Positions 30,976-40,734 are shown, numbered from the stretch's first letter. The stretch is DNA of 64,000 bases from an uncultured Gammaproteobacteria bacterium (GCA_964493305.1 CAZBLW010000002.1:258521-322520); one strand, 5' to 3'. Program-made: numbers and translations. Notes: generated from the letters alone by a model not told the origin.

Positions 30976-32070
30976 ATGCATAGTTGGGTAAAACTAGCGT
31001 GGATAATCTTGATTGGAATTATTTTAATTCCAATTTTTGTATTGGCCCAAACCACTACCGTTACTTCTACTAGAAATATCATCGTTTCGGTGCAAGTGAT
31101 TGGCCCACAAGTTTGTGGCAATAATTACATCGAACCACCCGAAGAGTGTGATGATGGCAATTTGGTAAATGGTGATGGTTGTTCGGATCAATGTTTATTG
31201 GAACAGATTTGTGGTGATGGTATAGTGCAAACACCCGAAGAATGCGATGATGGCAATTTGGTAAATGGCGATGGTTGTTCGGATCAATGTTTACTGGAAC
31301 AGATTACGCCAACCAGTACACCACCAGTAGGTTGGAGTGGTGGCAAAACCCTGACTACGGTTGAGTTTTTTGGTGTGACTTCTCCTTCTGCTCTGGTTAG
31401 TCTTACCAAATTTGGTCGAGTAGTGGCCATCACCCAAGCAGATCAGACGGGAAATTTTGTTTTTAGATTGTCCGCTTTGCCGATTGGTACTTATGATTTT
31501 GGTTTGTTTGCTGAGGATAGATTTGGTAGATATACCCTAACCACCAATTTTAGTCTGAGCTTGGTTGCCCGTAGCATCACTACTGTTGAGAATATATTTC
31601 TTACTCCGACAATATCAATTTCTCGTCGCGATATAATTCCTGGGCAAAAAATGATGGTTTTTGGTGAGACTGCTCCCAATGCTTTGGTGGAGGTTTATTT
31701 AGGCAGTACTCGTCTAGATCAAGTGGTTTATAGTGACGCTAACGGTTTTTGGCAACTAGAGCTAGATTCAACCAATCTACCGGCTGGTCCACAAAGTATC
31801 AAAACTAAGGCCTTGACTAGCGATGGATTGGAGAGTAATTTTTCCGAAAGTTTATATTTTGAGGTAGTACCGGCGCCAATTCCTCAAGGTCAGTGTGCTG
31901 GGCCGGATTTAAATTTTGATGGTTGGGTAAATATCTTTGATTTATCAATTTTACTAAATTATTGGCGACAAACTAACCCCGAGTTTGTCTGTGCTGATAT
32001 CAATCAAGACGGCATAGTGGATATAGTTGATTTTTCCATCATGCTGTATTGGTGGAGTGAAAGTTTTTAG
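30976..32070 (+). CDS. Secreted protein with two Cys-rich (DUF4215-like) repeats, Ig-like domains and a C-terminal dockerin
   Basis: CGxxxxxxPEECDDGNLVNGDGCSDQC twice; DLNFDGWVNIFDLSILL...DINQDGIVDIVDFSIML. Confidence 0.85.
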   Translation: MHSWVKLAWIILIGIILIPIFVLAQTTTVTSTRNIIVSVQVIGPQVCGNNYIEPPEECDDGNLVNGDGCSDQCLLEQICGDGIVQTPEECDDGNLVNGDGCSDQCLLEQITPTSTPPVGWSGGKTLTTVEFFGVTSPSALVSLTKFGRVVAITQADQTGNFVFRLSALPIGTYDFGLFAEDRFGRYTLTTNFSLSLVARSITTVENIFLTPTISISRRDIIPGQKMMVFGETAPNALVEVYLGSTRLDQVVYSDANGFWQLELDSTNLPAGPQSIKTKALTSDGLESNFSESLYFEVVPAPIPQGQCAGPDLNFDGWVNIFDLSILLNYWRQTNPEFVCADINQDGIVDIVDFSIMLYWWSESF

Positions 32071-32193
32071 TTAAAGCATTTCACTAATTATCGATTTTAT
32101 TGTATAATATAGGCAGGCATATACAGATGTCATGGCCGTCTTTTGTTGTATTAAGCTATTATCTTTATTTCAAATTTGAAGTTCCTTTTCGGT

Positions 32194-33309
32194 ATGTTTA
32201 AAAAATTTTTATTTTTATTCGTTCTACTTGTTTTATTTTTTCCTCTTGCCAGTAAAGCAGCGGAACTTTATTTATGGCCTCAAGGTTTAGCAGTCAGCCA
32301 ACAGGAAACATTTTTGGTTGATTTGCGTATCAATAGTTCAGATCCGATCAATGCTCTTGACACGGAAGTGTTTTGGTTACCCGAAGAATTGGAACTTGTG
32401 TCAGTTAGTACTGGTGACAGTGTATTTGATTTATGGGTATCTGATCCCAATAAATTTTCTTTGGGTAGTATTAGACTTATAGCTGGCGCCAGCAAACCCT
32501 GGCAAGGCAATGGGGGAAAAGTAGTAACTTTTTTATTTAAAGCCCTAGTCAGTCGCGAACAAGTGCAGATTGGTATTGATGATGATACTAAATTGGTCGG
32601 TTACGGTGGTAGTGGCGAAGAGTTGCCAGTTGATTTATTACCAACCAACGTAGCTGTCAATCCCACCGGTCAGGGAGAACCGGTGCTTAGTTCAACCAGG
32701 ATACCCGATGAAGATTCGTGGTATGCGGTCAATGTATTTGATATCAATTGGGAAGTTAAACCAAACCTGGAGTATAGTTATCTCCTGACCATGGATCCCA
32801 CGCAATTACCTGATGACAATCCAGAATCGCTCCTAGCTAATATTCAATACGAAGGATTAGCTGACGGGATTTATTATTTTGTTTTACGCTATCGACCACA
32901 AGGAGGTGATTGGCAGGGAAAAGTCATGCGCCGAGCAATGATTGACACCACTCCGCCAACTTTCAATGAGCTAAGGCTAATTGAAAAAAGTGATGCTTAT
33001 GGTTTGGAACAGAATTTATTTTTTGCCGCCACTGACAATGCTGCGGGTATTTCCGAGTATACTTTGAGTATCAACGGACAATTGCCACAAATCGTGACTA
33101 GTCCTTGGCGTGTTCCCAAGCGCTGGTTGGTGAGTCAAAATTTAGAAATCAGAGCTATTGATGCGGCAGGTAATTGGCAAAGCAAAAGTTTGACTTTGTC
33201 GGCAGTCATACCACTATGGGTCTGGCTGATCGTCTTATTTATCATTATAATTATTATAGGTTTGTATTTGTACCGTTTATGGAGAGTAAAAAAACCAAAA
33301 TCATCTTAA
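32194..33309 (+). CDS. Cohesin-domain protein with Ig-like domains and C-terminal TM
   Basis: ATG at 32194 gives a clean signal peptide; ETFLVDLRI...INA...LELVSV..GDSVF.LW. Confidence 0.7.
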   Translation: MFKKFLFLFVLLVLFFPLASKAAELYLWPQGLAVSQQETFLVDLRINSSDPINALDTEVFWLPEELELVSVSTGDSVFDLWVSDPNKFSLGSIRLIAGASKPWQGNGGKVVTFLFKALVSREQVQIGIDDDTKLVGYGGSGEELPVDLLPTNVAVNPTGQGEPVLSSTRIPDEDSWYAVNVFDINWEVKPNLEYSYLLTMDPTQLPDDNPESLLANIQYEGLADGIYYFVLRYRPQGGDWQGKVMRRAMIDTTPPTFNELRLIEKSDAYGLEQNLFFAATDNAAGISEYTLSINGQLPQIVTSPWRVPKRWLVSQNLEIRAIDAAGNWQSKSLTLSAVIPLWVWLIVLFIIIIIIGLYLYRLWRVKKPKSS

Positions 33310-34739
33310 TAGCACTTTTGACATTACTGATTGTTTTACCAGCTAGGGCGGGTGAATTTAGTTTTGGTTTTGCACCCTCGCAAAAAAGCGTTTTAGTCGG
33401 AGAAGAGTTTAGTGTAGATTTTGTAATTAGTGCCACCGAAAATATCAATGCCGCCAGGTCACAATATACTTTTGATAGTGACTATTTGGAACTGCTAAAT
33501 TTAACTACTTCTGATTCACTATTTACTCAGTGGCCAGCTAAACCCCAAGTCACTGGCAGTAGGATAGAATTTTCTGGTGGTCTACCTGATCCAGGATTTA
33601 CCGGGGATAATGGCAAGATATTAACGATGTTATTTCGGGCAAAAAAACCCGGTAGTGCTAAATTGCAATTTATTTCTGGTTCACTACATGCCAATGACGG
33701 TCAAGGTACCAATGTTTTAACTGGTATGAATGGTGCAATTTTTATGATTCAACCGCCTGGTACTTTGCCAGAAGGTATTTCCGCTGAAGAGTTGACCGCC
33801 ACACTGCCGGCAGCTACAATTTCTTCACCAACTCATCCTGATCAAACAGCCTGGTATCGGCAGTCACAGACAGTTTTTACTTGGCAACTGCCCCAACGAG
33901 CTGATCGATTATACTATGAAATAGACAGTAAACCCAATACCTATCCACAAAAATTACTTAGCTCACCACTCAACTATAGCCATTCGTTTTTAGAAAATGG
34001 TATTTGGTATTTCCATTTGCGTTATGAAAGCGGAACTGAGCGCAGTCGTACGGCTCATTTTAAAGTCCAGTTTGACGATACGCCACCGCGAGATTTTAAA
34101 ATTGAAATAACCAAGGATGATAAAACCGGTGCTTACAACATGTCTTTTCCCACTCAGGATGATTTGTCAGGAGTGAATTACTATGAAGTAAGTATTGATG
34201 ATGATAAGTATTTTATCCGTACCTCGCAAGCCAGTTATGAAATTGCCACTTTACCAACCGGTTCGCATCCGATTGTAGTTAGTGCCGTTGATAAAGCGGG
34301 GAACAATCGGGCGGTGAGAGCGGTGGTGGATGTAGAAACTTTGACTTTTGCTCCGCAAGTTTTGGTTAAAATGTTTTCACCTGATATTTTACCGTTGGAA
34401 ATGCGATTGTCGTTTTATTATGGTTTGATGTTTTTGGTATTTTTGTTTTTACTTTTGTTTATCATTTTGTGGTTTAGAAGAGCCAAACGCAGACAAGACA
34501 GAAAATTTTCTCAAGAGGTGGGGGAACTTGCAGCCAGTGTTGATTTTGGTTTCCAGACCCTGAGGCGAGATATTTTAGTGCAGATTGAAGAGATTTACAA
34601 AAAACAAAAAGCCATTGGTTTAGACGATAAGGAAAAGGACAACTTGAAAAAATTGGAAGCTGATCTTGATATTATTGAAACTTATATTAAAAAAGAACTG
34701 AAAGACGTCTCTGATTTTGATAAATATAAAACGAAATAG
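33279..34739 (+). CDS. Cohesin-domain protein with Ig-like domains, TM and cytoplasmic coiled coil
   Basis: ATG at 33279 gives a signal peptide; VGEEFSV...INA...FSGGLPDPGF.G...ANDGQGTNVL; SSPTHPDQ..WY. Confidence 0.75.
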   Translation: MESKKTKIILIALLTLLIVLPARAGEFSFGFAPSQKSVLVGEEFSVDFVISATENINAARSQYTFDSDYLELLNLTTSDSLFTQWPAKPQVTGSRIEFSGGLPDPGFTGDNGKILTMLFRAKKPGSAKLQFISGSLHANDGQGTNVLTGMNGAIFMIQPPGTLPEGISAEELTATLPAATISSPTHPDQTAWYRQSQTVFTWQLPQRADRLYYEIDSKPNTYPQKLLSSPLNYSHSFLENGIWYFHLRYESGTERSRTAHFKVQFDDTPPRDFKIEITKDDKTGAYNMSFPTQDDLSGVNYYEVSIDDDKYFIRTSQASYEIATLPTGSHPIVVSAVDKAGNNRAVRAVVDVETLTFAPQVLVKMFSPDILPLEMRLSFYYGLMFLVFLFLLLFIILWFRRAKRRQDRKFSQEVGELAASVDFGFQTLRRDILVQIEEIYKKQKAIGLDDKEKDNLKKLEADLDIIETYIKKELKDVSDFDKYKTK

Positions 34740-34770
34740 AATAAAGAATTAAGAAGTAAGAATAAAGTAT

Positions 34771-34910
34771 AAATTCCAAATTCAAAACACTAAATACTAA
34801 ACAAATTCAAAATTATAAAATCAAATGTTCAAAATATTTTAGTTAGTTTTGATTTAAAAAATTTGAATTTAGATATTATTTAGAATTTAGGGTTTAGTGC
34901 TTAGGATTTA
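34771..34910. repeat. Gene-less heptamer inverted-repeat module
   Basis: aaattcc aaattca aaacact aaatact aaac ... atttagaatttagggtttagtgcttaggattt; core atttgaatttagatattatttag recurs near 44277. Confidence 0.7.
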
Positions 34911-34917
34911 TTTTTAT

Positions 34918-34960
34918 TGTGGATAATTAATTTGCCAAAAATTAAAATATATTTTAATCT
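34918..34960 (+). promoter_or_regulatory. DnaA box plus sigma70-like promoter
   Basis: TGTGGATAA, 5 nt, TTGCCA-17-TAATCT. Confidence 0.55.
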
Positions 34961-35011
34961 CAAGCTCAAGTAAGAGCTTTTTTGTTTTTTAATAATTATA
35001 TAGGAGGAATC

Positions 35012-35194
35012 ATGTTTGGTTTAAATGAAATAGTAGCTATCAACAATATACCTGAGGCAAAAACAAAATTTATGAAAGGTGGCCTTAATGCCACACTCAA
35101 TATGGGCTTCGGCTCGAAAACTTATCCAGAAGGATTAAAAAAAGACCAACCCAAAAAAGAAAAAATTAAAAATAAGCAAATAAAACCCGAATAA
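35012..35194 (+). CDS. Small basic orphan protein (60 aa)
   Basis: Strong SD AGGAGG before ATG 35012; upstream promoter and downstream terminator. Confidence 0.65.
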   Translation: MFGLNEIVAINNIPEAKTKFMKGGLNATLNMGFGSKTYPEGLKKDQPKKEKIKNKQIKPE

Positions 35195-35208
35195 CTTCGG
35201 GTTTTTTT
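35182..35208 (+). terminator. Intrinsic terminator
   Basis: aaaacccgaa-taac-ttcgggttttttt. Confidence 0.8.
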
Positions 35209-35283
35209 ATTGTTGAATTTATGATAAAATAAAAATATCCAAATCATGCCGATTGGTTAATTATTAAGTGTCAATATTTCCCC

Positions 35284-37026
35284 ATGCAAACCAATGACTT
35301 TAACTGGAAAATAGGTGGTGAAGCCGGTTTTGGTATTATGTCATCAGGAATGATGTTTGCCAAAATTTGTACCCGATCAGGACTATTTATCCATGATTAT
35401 AGTGAATATCCCTCATTGATCAGAGGTGGACACAATACTTATCAAGTTTATGTAAATAGTAAACATATCCATAGCCAACGACGAGTGGTTAATTTGTTAG
35501 TTGCCCTAAATACCCAAACGATTACTGAGCACCTGGCTGAGTTGGTTGCGGGTAGCGGTTTGATTTGTGATAGTTCTCGGGTCCAAGTGCCTAAAGCAGT
35601 ACTGCAAAAGAAAAAAATTGAACTCTATGATTTACCGCTCAACAATATTGCCAAAGAAGTGGGTGGTGATGAAGTTATGCGTAATACTGTTGCTCTTGGT
35701 GCAACTATGGCCTTGATCAAACTGGAGTTTAAAATTTTGGAAAATATTATCAAGGAACAATTTGCCCACAAAGACGAACAGGTGGCGGTACAAAATATCA
35801 AAGCAGCTAAAAGTGGTTATGAATATATCAAGTCCCATTACCAAGTAGATAATTTTGGTTTTAAATTGCAGGCACAAACAAATAAAGAGCAGATTGTGTT
35901 GACCGCCAATGACGCAGCAGCTCTCGGAGCAATTGCTGCTGGTTGTAAATTTTATGCTGCCTATCCCATGACACCGGCTTCATCCATTTTGCACACCTTA
36001 GCAGAGATAGGTCCGAAATACGGGATGGTAGTTAGACATGCTGAAGATGAAATATCAGTTATCAATATGGTAGCTGGTGCTGCGACAGCTGGAGTGAGAG
36101 CGATGTTGGGAACTTCTGGTGGTGGTTGGGCATTGATGAACGAAGGTTATTCGTTGGCCGGTATTACAGAAACGCCTATGGTGATTATTATGTCCCAACG
36201 ACCGGGTCCAGCTACTGGACTACCAACTTGGACTGAACAGGGGGATTTGAAATTTATCTTAAATTCTGGTCACGGTGAATTTCCTCGTATTGTCCTAACA
36301 CCCGGTGATCAGGAAGAGGCGTTTTATTTAACACAACTTGCTTTCAATCTAGCTGAGCTTATTCAGAATCCAGTGATAGTGTTGTTGGATAAATATTTAT
36401 CCGAAAGTCATATTTCTTGCCCACCATTTGTTTGGCAAAAATTACCAATTAAGCGAGGTAAAATCTTAACCAATGTCGAGGCTAAAAAGCTAGGTGATAA
36501 ATATCGTCGTTTTAAAGTAACAGCCGATGGCATCTCACCCCGGGCATTACCCGGCCAAGCTGGACCGATTGTTTTTATCAATTCTGATGAACATGATGAA
36601 ATGGGTTTTAGTGAAGAATCAGCAGAAAATCGTATTAAGCAAGTAGAAAAAAGAGCCAAGAAAATAAAATCTATAAGTAAAGATTTGCCTCAAGCTAAAG
36701 TCTATGGTCCAAAATCAGCTCCTTTGACTTTAGTAGGTTGGGGCAGTGTTAAGGGCCCAGTTTTGGATGCACTACAAAGTCAAAAGTTGAGAAACAAATT
36801 AAATTTTATCCATCTTCCTTTATTGTCACCTCTGCCCAGCAACGCAACTAAATTATTGAAAGCTAGTAAACGTTTAGTATTGGTGGAAAACAATTCCACT
36901 GGACAGTTGGCAGATATTTTACGTGCCAATTTTAGTGTTGAATTTAAGCATAAAATATTGCGTTACGACGGCAGACCTTTTTATAGTGAAGATTTGGTTA
37001 CAGAGATAAATAAAATTAAATTATAA
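35284..37026 (+). CDS. korA: 2-oxoacid:ferredoxin oxidoreductase alpha subunit (fused gamma)
   Basis: GGEAGFG, YPSLIRGGH, YPMTPAS, AEDEI, TSGGG, RPGPATGLPT motifs. Confidence 0.93.
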   Translation: MQTNDFNWKIGGEAGFGIMSSGMMFAKICTRSGLFIHDYSEYPSLIRGGHNTYQVYVNSKHIHSQRRVVNLLVALNTQTITEHLAELVAGSGLICDSSRVQVPKAVLQKKKIELYDLPLNNIAKEVGGDEVMRNTVALGATMALIKLEFKILENIIKEQFAHKDEQVAVQNIKAAKSGYEYIKSHYQVDNFGFKLQAQTNKEQIVLTANDAAALGAIAAGCKFYAAYPMTPASSILHTLAEIGPKYGMVVRHAEDEISVINMVAGAATAGVRAMLGTSGGGWALMNEGYSLAGITETPMVIIMSQRPGPATGLPTWTEQGDLKFILNSGHGEFPRIVLTPGDQEEAFYLTQLAFNLAELIQNPVIVLLDKYLSESHISCPPFVWQKLPIKRGKILTNVEAKKLGDKYRRFKVTADGISPRALPGQAGPIVFINSDEHDEMGFSEESAENRIKQVEKRAKKIKSISKDLPQAKVYGPKSAPLTLVGWGSVKGPVLDALQSQKLRNKLNFIHLPLLSPLPSNATKLLKASKRLVLVENNSTGQLADILRANFSVEFKHKILRYDGRPFYSEDLVTEINKIKL

Positions 37027-37093
37027 ATTATCAATCATAAATTATAAATCAATTTTTAAAATTTAAAATTTAAAATTTATAATTAATACAACT

Positions 37094-37951
37094 ATGTCCA
37101 CTGATAATAATTTTATAACTTCCTATGATCCTACCTGGTGTCCGGGGTGTGGCAACTACGGACTTTGGGGTGCTTTGAAAAAAACTTTAGCCGAAATTGA
37201 TATTCCGCGTGAACAGATCATGGCTGTTTATGGTATCGGTTGTAGTGGCAATGGTTTCAATTTTACGAAAGTAAATGCCTTCCATGGCTTACACGGCCGA
37301 GCGCTACCAGTAGCTGAAGGACTAAAACTAGCCAATCATAAATTAACAGTTATTGCTTTAGGGGGTGATGGTGATGGTTATGGCGAAGGAGGAAATCATT
37401 TTTTACATGCCTGTCGGGCCAATCATGATATTGCTTATTTTGTCCACAACAACCAAACCTATGGACTTACTACCGGTCAAACTTCACCCACATCTGAACA
37501 AGGAATTAAATCAAAATCCAATCCTACCGGTGGAGTTGATAAACCCGTCAATCCGGTCGCGCTAGCCATTACTGCCGGGGCAACTTTTGTAGCCCGAGGG
37601 TTTACTGGCGATATTAACCATTTATCCGAAATGATGAAGTTAGCTATCAAACATAAAGGTTTTGCTTTGTTGGATATTTTGCAACCTTGCTTTACTTTCA
37701 ATAAGCACAATACTTATCAGTATTTTAGGCAAAGAATATATAAACCCGACAATCATCAAGCAAACGATTGGGAAGCTGCATTGCATTTGGCGTGGCAGTG
37801 GGAAAGGGAAGATAAAATTCCTTTGGGAGTAATTTATCAAACTGAAGATCGGCCGGCGTTTCATGAAAATTTTCCTCAAATTGAAAAACAGGTTTTGAAA
37901 GACCAACCATTAAAACACAACTTAACGGCTGATTTAAAAAGTTTCGTTTAA
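37094..37951 (+). CDS. korB: 2-oxoacid:ferredoxin oxidoreductase beta subunit (TPP-binding)
   Basis: WCPGCG, GIGCS, HGR, GGDGD, YGLTTGQTSPT, QPCFTFN. Confidence 0.93.
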   Translation: MSTDNNFITSYDPTWCPGCGNYGLWGALKKTLAEIDIPREQIMAVYGIGCSGNGFNFTKVNAFHGLHGRALPVAEGLKLANHKLTVIALGGDGDGYGEGGNHFLHACRANHDIAYFVHNNQTYGLTTGQTSPTSEQGIKSKSNPTGGVDKPVNPVALAITAGATFVARGFTGDINHLSEMMKLAIKHKGFALLDILQPCFTFNKHNTYQYFRQRIYKPDNHQANDWEAALHLAWQWEREDKIPLGVIYQTEDRPAFHENFPQIEKQVLKDQPLKHNLTADLKSFV

Positions 37952-37957
37952 TCGTAT

Positions 37958-38425
37958 ATGAAATTGACCATTCTAGTAGTTGGTAAGACCAAACAACAAT
38001 TTTTACAAACCGGGGAGGGGATTTATTTGAAAAAAATATCCCCTTTTTTTCAGGTGGAGATTAAAACAATTAAATCTTTGGCTGATATAAAAAATCAAAC
38101 TAAAGATAAAATCGTGGTCAAAGAAGGCGAACTAATTATGCAAAAAATTTCTCCCTTGTCCCACGTAGTCTCTTTGGATAGAACCGGCAAAAAAATAAAT
38201 TCCGAACAAATGGCGAGACAAATCGCCACTTGGTTAAGTTTAGGTAAAGATATCACAATAGTAATTGGCGGGGCTTTTGGTTTGTCCGAACAAGTAAAAA
38301 AAAGATCACAAGTAATTTTAAGTTTGTCAGATCTAACCTTTACTCACGAAATGGTGCGTTTAATACTTCTTGAGCAGCTTTACCGTGGTTTTACAATTAT
38401 CAAGGGCGTTCCTTATCATTATTAA
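37958..38425 (+). CDS. rlmH: 23S rRNA pseudouridine-1915 N3-methyltransferase
   Basis: IGGAFG...LSLSDLTFTHEMVRLILLEQLYRG...PYH. Confidence 0.95.
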   Translation: MKLTILVVGKTKQQFLQTGEGIYLKKISPFFQVEIKTIKSLADIKNQTKDKIVVKEGELIMQKISPLSHVVSLDRTGKKINSEQMARQIATWLSLGKDITIVIGGAFGLSEQVKKRSQVILSLSDLTFTHEMVRLILLEQLYRGFTIIKGVPYHY

Positions 38426-38427
38426 AA

Positions 38428-38449
38428 AAACTGTCTCGAGAGACAGTTT
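38428..38449. terminator. Hairpin between convergent genes
   Basis: aaactgtctc-ga-gagacagttt. Confidence 0.7.
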
Positions 38450-38457
38450 AAAATTTT

Positions 38458-38634
38458 TTAGTTATCAATTGGTTTAACCTTGGGGTTAGTGTTGCAGGAT
38501 TTATGAGTGATTTTTCTTCGGATAATAATTTTGCCTTTACGGGGAGTGTGATTGTTTAATTTTTTGTTTTGATTGCTGATAACACCTTGGTTATGATTTT
38601 TTACGGAAAGAAATTTGGTGAAGAGACTGATCAT
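38458..38634 (-). CDS. Small basic orphan protein (58 aa)
   Basis: AGGAGG 6 nt before ATG at 38634; TTGACA-17-TATATT upstream. Confidence 0.6.
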   Translation of the reverse strand: MISLFTKFLSVKNHNQGVISNQNKKLNNHTPRKGKIIIRRKITHKSCNTNPKVKPIDN

Positions 38635-38686
38635 TTGTAACCTCCTGATAATTAATAAGAATAAATTATTTAAGAACAATTTATTT

Positions 38687-38715
38687 AATATAAGCTAAAT
38701 TATCTATTTTGTCAA
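38687..38715 (-). promoter_or_regulatory. sigma70 promoter
   Basis: TTGACA-17-TATATT on the minus strand. Confidence 0.7.
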
Positions 38716-38797
38716 GGTTATTTTGATTAAAGATTTAAGTTGTAAGTTATAAGTCGTAATTCGTAATTATTAATTCCTAATTCCTAATTCTATTTAC

Positions 38798-40186
38798 ATG
38801 AAACTAACATTTTACGGAGCAGCCAAAGAAGTTACCGGGTCCAAACACTTATTGGAAGTAAAAGGAAAAAAAATACTACTGGATTGTGGTATGTTTCAAG
38901 GACACCGTAAAGAAGCGGAAAAGAAAAATAGAGAGTTACCTTTTCGGGCGGCAGAAATTGATGCTGTAATTTTGTCGCACGCTCATTTAGATCACTGTGG
39001 TAGCTTACCAACTATGTGGTCGCAAGGTTTTCGAGGAAAAGTGTATTGTACACCAGCTACCAGAGATGTGACTGAGTTGATATTGCTTGATAGTGCTCAT
39101 GTCCAGGAATCAGACAATACTCATATCGCTCAAGTAAAAAATCAAATTGAACCAGAATTGCCACTTTATACCGAGAAGGAAGTTTATGCGGTTTTACAAC
39201 AATTTGTCACCGTACCTTATCACCAAGAGTTTACTTTGTTTAATAATGTCAAAGCAAAATTTAGCGATGCCGGTCATATTTTAGGATCAGCCCAAATTGA
39301 ACTGACTGTCAAAGATTTATGGCGACAAGTAAAAATTGGTTTTACCGGTGATCTAGGTAGATATCAGATGCCTATTTTAAAAGATCCTGAACAGATGCAG
39401 GATTTGGATATTTTAATAACCGAATCAACTTATGGCAATAGAACCCACGAAAGTTTTATTGAGGCTAAGAGAATTATAAAAAAATATATACTGACCGCGG
39501 TCGAACGTCAAGCCAAAATTGTTGTACCATCTTTTGCCTTGGGTCGTACTCAAGAGCTGGTCTATTTGTTACACGAGCTAACCGACGCTGGTGAAATACC
39601 CAGATTTCCTATTTATGTTGATTCGCCTTTAGCGATAAATTTAACCAATATATTTAAAAACCATCCGGAGTGTTTTGACAAGGAAACTTTTTTGACCTTT
39701 AGCGCCAGTGACAACCCGTTTGGTTTTAGAAATTTGACCTATACCTATACTACCGCTGATTCGATTGCCCTCAACAACAAACCAGGGCCTATGATGATTA
39801 TCTCTGCAGCTGGTATGTGTGAAGGTGGGCGTATTAGACATCATTTGAAAAATACCTTAGAAAATCGTAATAACATGATTTTGGTTACTGGTTTTATGGC
39901 CAAACACACCTTGGGTAGAAAAATTGTTGAGCAAGAACCAATGATAAAAATATTTGATAATATGTACCGTCTGCAAGCCCAAGTAGTAGTAGTCAATGCC
40001 CTGTCTGCACACGCTGATTCAGTTGATTTGCTCAATTATGTTGAAAGGGTGGGAGAGCGTTTGCAAAAGGTTTTTATTGTTCACGGCGAAGAGACACAAA
40101 GCGCGGTTTTTCAAGGAAGAATCAAAGAGAGATTTCAGTCACTGCAGGCAATTATCCCAGATTTTGCGCAATCATTTAAAATATAA
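38798..40186 (+). CDS. MBL-fold beta-CASP ribonuclease
   Basis: HAHLDH, AGHILG, ESTYG, SAHAD, VHGE motifs. Confidence 0.93.
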   Translation: MKLTFYGAAKEVTGSKHLLEVKGKKILLDCGMFQGHRKEAEKKNRELPFRAAEIDAVILSHAHLDHCGSLPTMWSQGFRGKVYCTPATRDVTELILLDSAHVQESDNTHIAQVKNQIEPELPLYTEKEVYAVLQQFVTVPYHQEFTLFNNVKAKFSDAGHILGSAQIELTVKDLWRQVKIGFTGDLGRYQMPILKDPEQMQDLDILITESTYGNRTHESFIEAKRIIKKYILTAVERQAKIVVPSFALGRTQELVYLLHELTDAGEIPRFPIYVDSPLAINLTNIFKNHPECFDKETFLTFSASDNPFGFRNLTYTYTTADSIALNNKPGPMMIISAAGMCEGGRIRHHLKNTLENRNNMILVTGFMAKHTLGRKIVEQEPMIKIFDNMYRLQAQVVVVNALSAHADSVDLLNYVERVGERLQKVFIVHGEETQSAVFQGRIKERFQSLQAIIPDFAQSFKI

Positions 40187-40187
40187 A

Positions 40188-40209
40188 AGCTCACCGTATG
40201 GGGTGAGCT
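40188..40209. terminator. Hairpin between convergent genes
   Basis: agctcacc-gtatgg-ggtgagct. Confidence 0.65.
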
Positions 40210-40429
40210 AAAGGTAATCTGCTTGTAGTTCTTCTTTGATTTTTTGGATAATTTCCTTGAGAGTATATAATTTCATTTTAAAGAAAAGACTGGCTAAAGT
40301 TATTAGTATTAGGCAAATAATTATTTGCGAGACAATATTGGGATGAGGTTTTATTTGAATAATAACAATAGCGCTAATAGCAGCAAAGAAGGTAATGACT
40401 GATAAGGTCGCAAAAAAATAGTATCTCAT
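40208..40429 (-). CDS. Small two-TM orphan membrane protein (73 aa)
   Basis: ATG at 40429 (MRYYFFATLSV...); two hydrophobic helices; perfect promoter upstream. Confidence 0.65.
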   Translation of the reverse strand: MRYYFFATLSVITFFAAISAIVIIQIKPHPNIVSQIIICLILITLASLFFKMKLYTLKEIIQKIKEELQADYL

Positions 40430-40469
40430 AGTTATCCATTTTGTTATTGAATTTTTAAAGTAGATATAT

Positions 40470-40498
40470 ATTATAAGGAGGGTTTGTCCTTTTGTCAA
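40470..40498 (-). promoter_or_regulatory. Perfect-consensus sigma70 promoter
   Basis: TTGACA-17-TATAAT on the minus strand. Confidence 0.85.
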
Positions 40499-40707
40499 TA
40501 GAAATTTTATCCAGGACGGGTTATTGAGAAAAAAATCAGATAATTATTTATTATCGTGATCTCAAATTTATGGTTAAACGGGTTATTTTGGATCCTCCGC
40601 GTAGAACCGCAAACGCCTTAGATGCGTTTTCTCAACCAAGATAATTGATCGTTTTTTGGGGTTGAGATACCCCTGCCAACTGTCCTGATAATTTTTAAAT
40701 TAATTCT

Positions 40708-40734
40708 AAAACCACTCTAAAAGAGTGGTTTTTT
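40708..40734. terminator. Probable bidirectional intrinsic terminator
   Basis: aaaaccactct-aaa-agagtggtttttt. Confidence 0.8.

Noticed and set aside
38400-38460. SCCmec-like integration at the rlmH 3' end
   Set aside because: No recombinase and no att-like direct repeat seen; only a small orphan gene follows.
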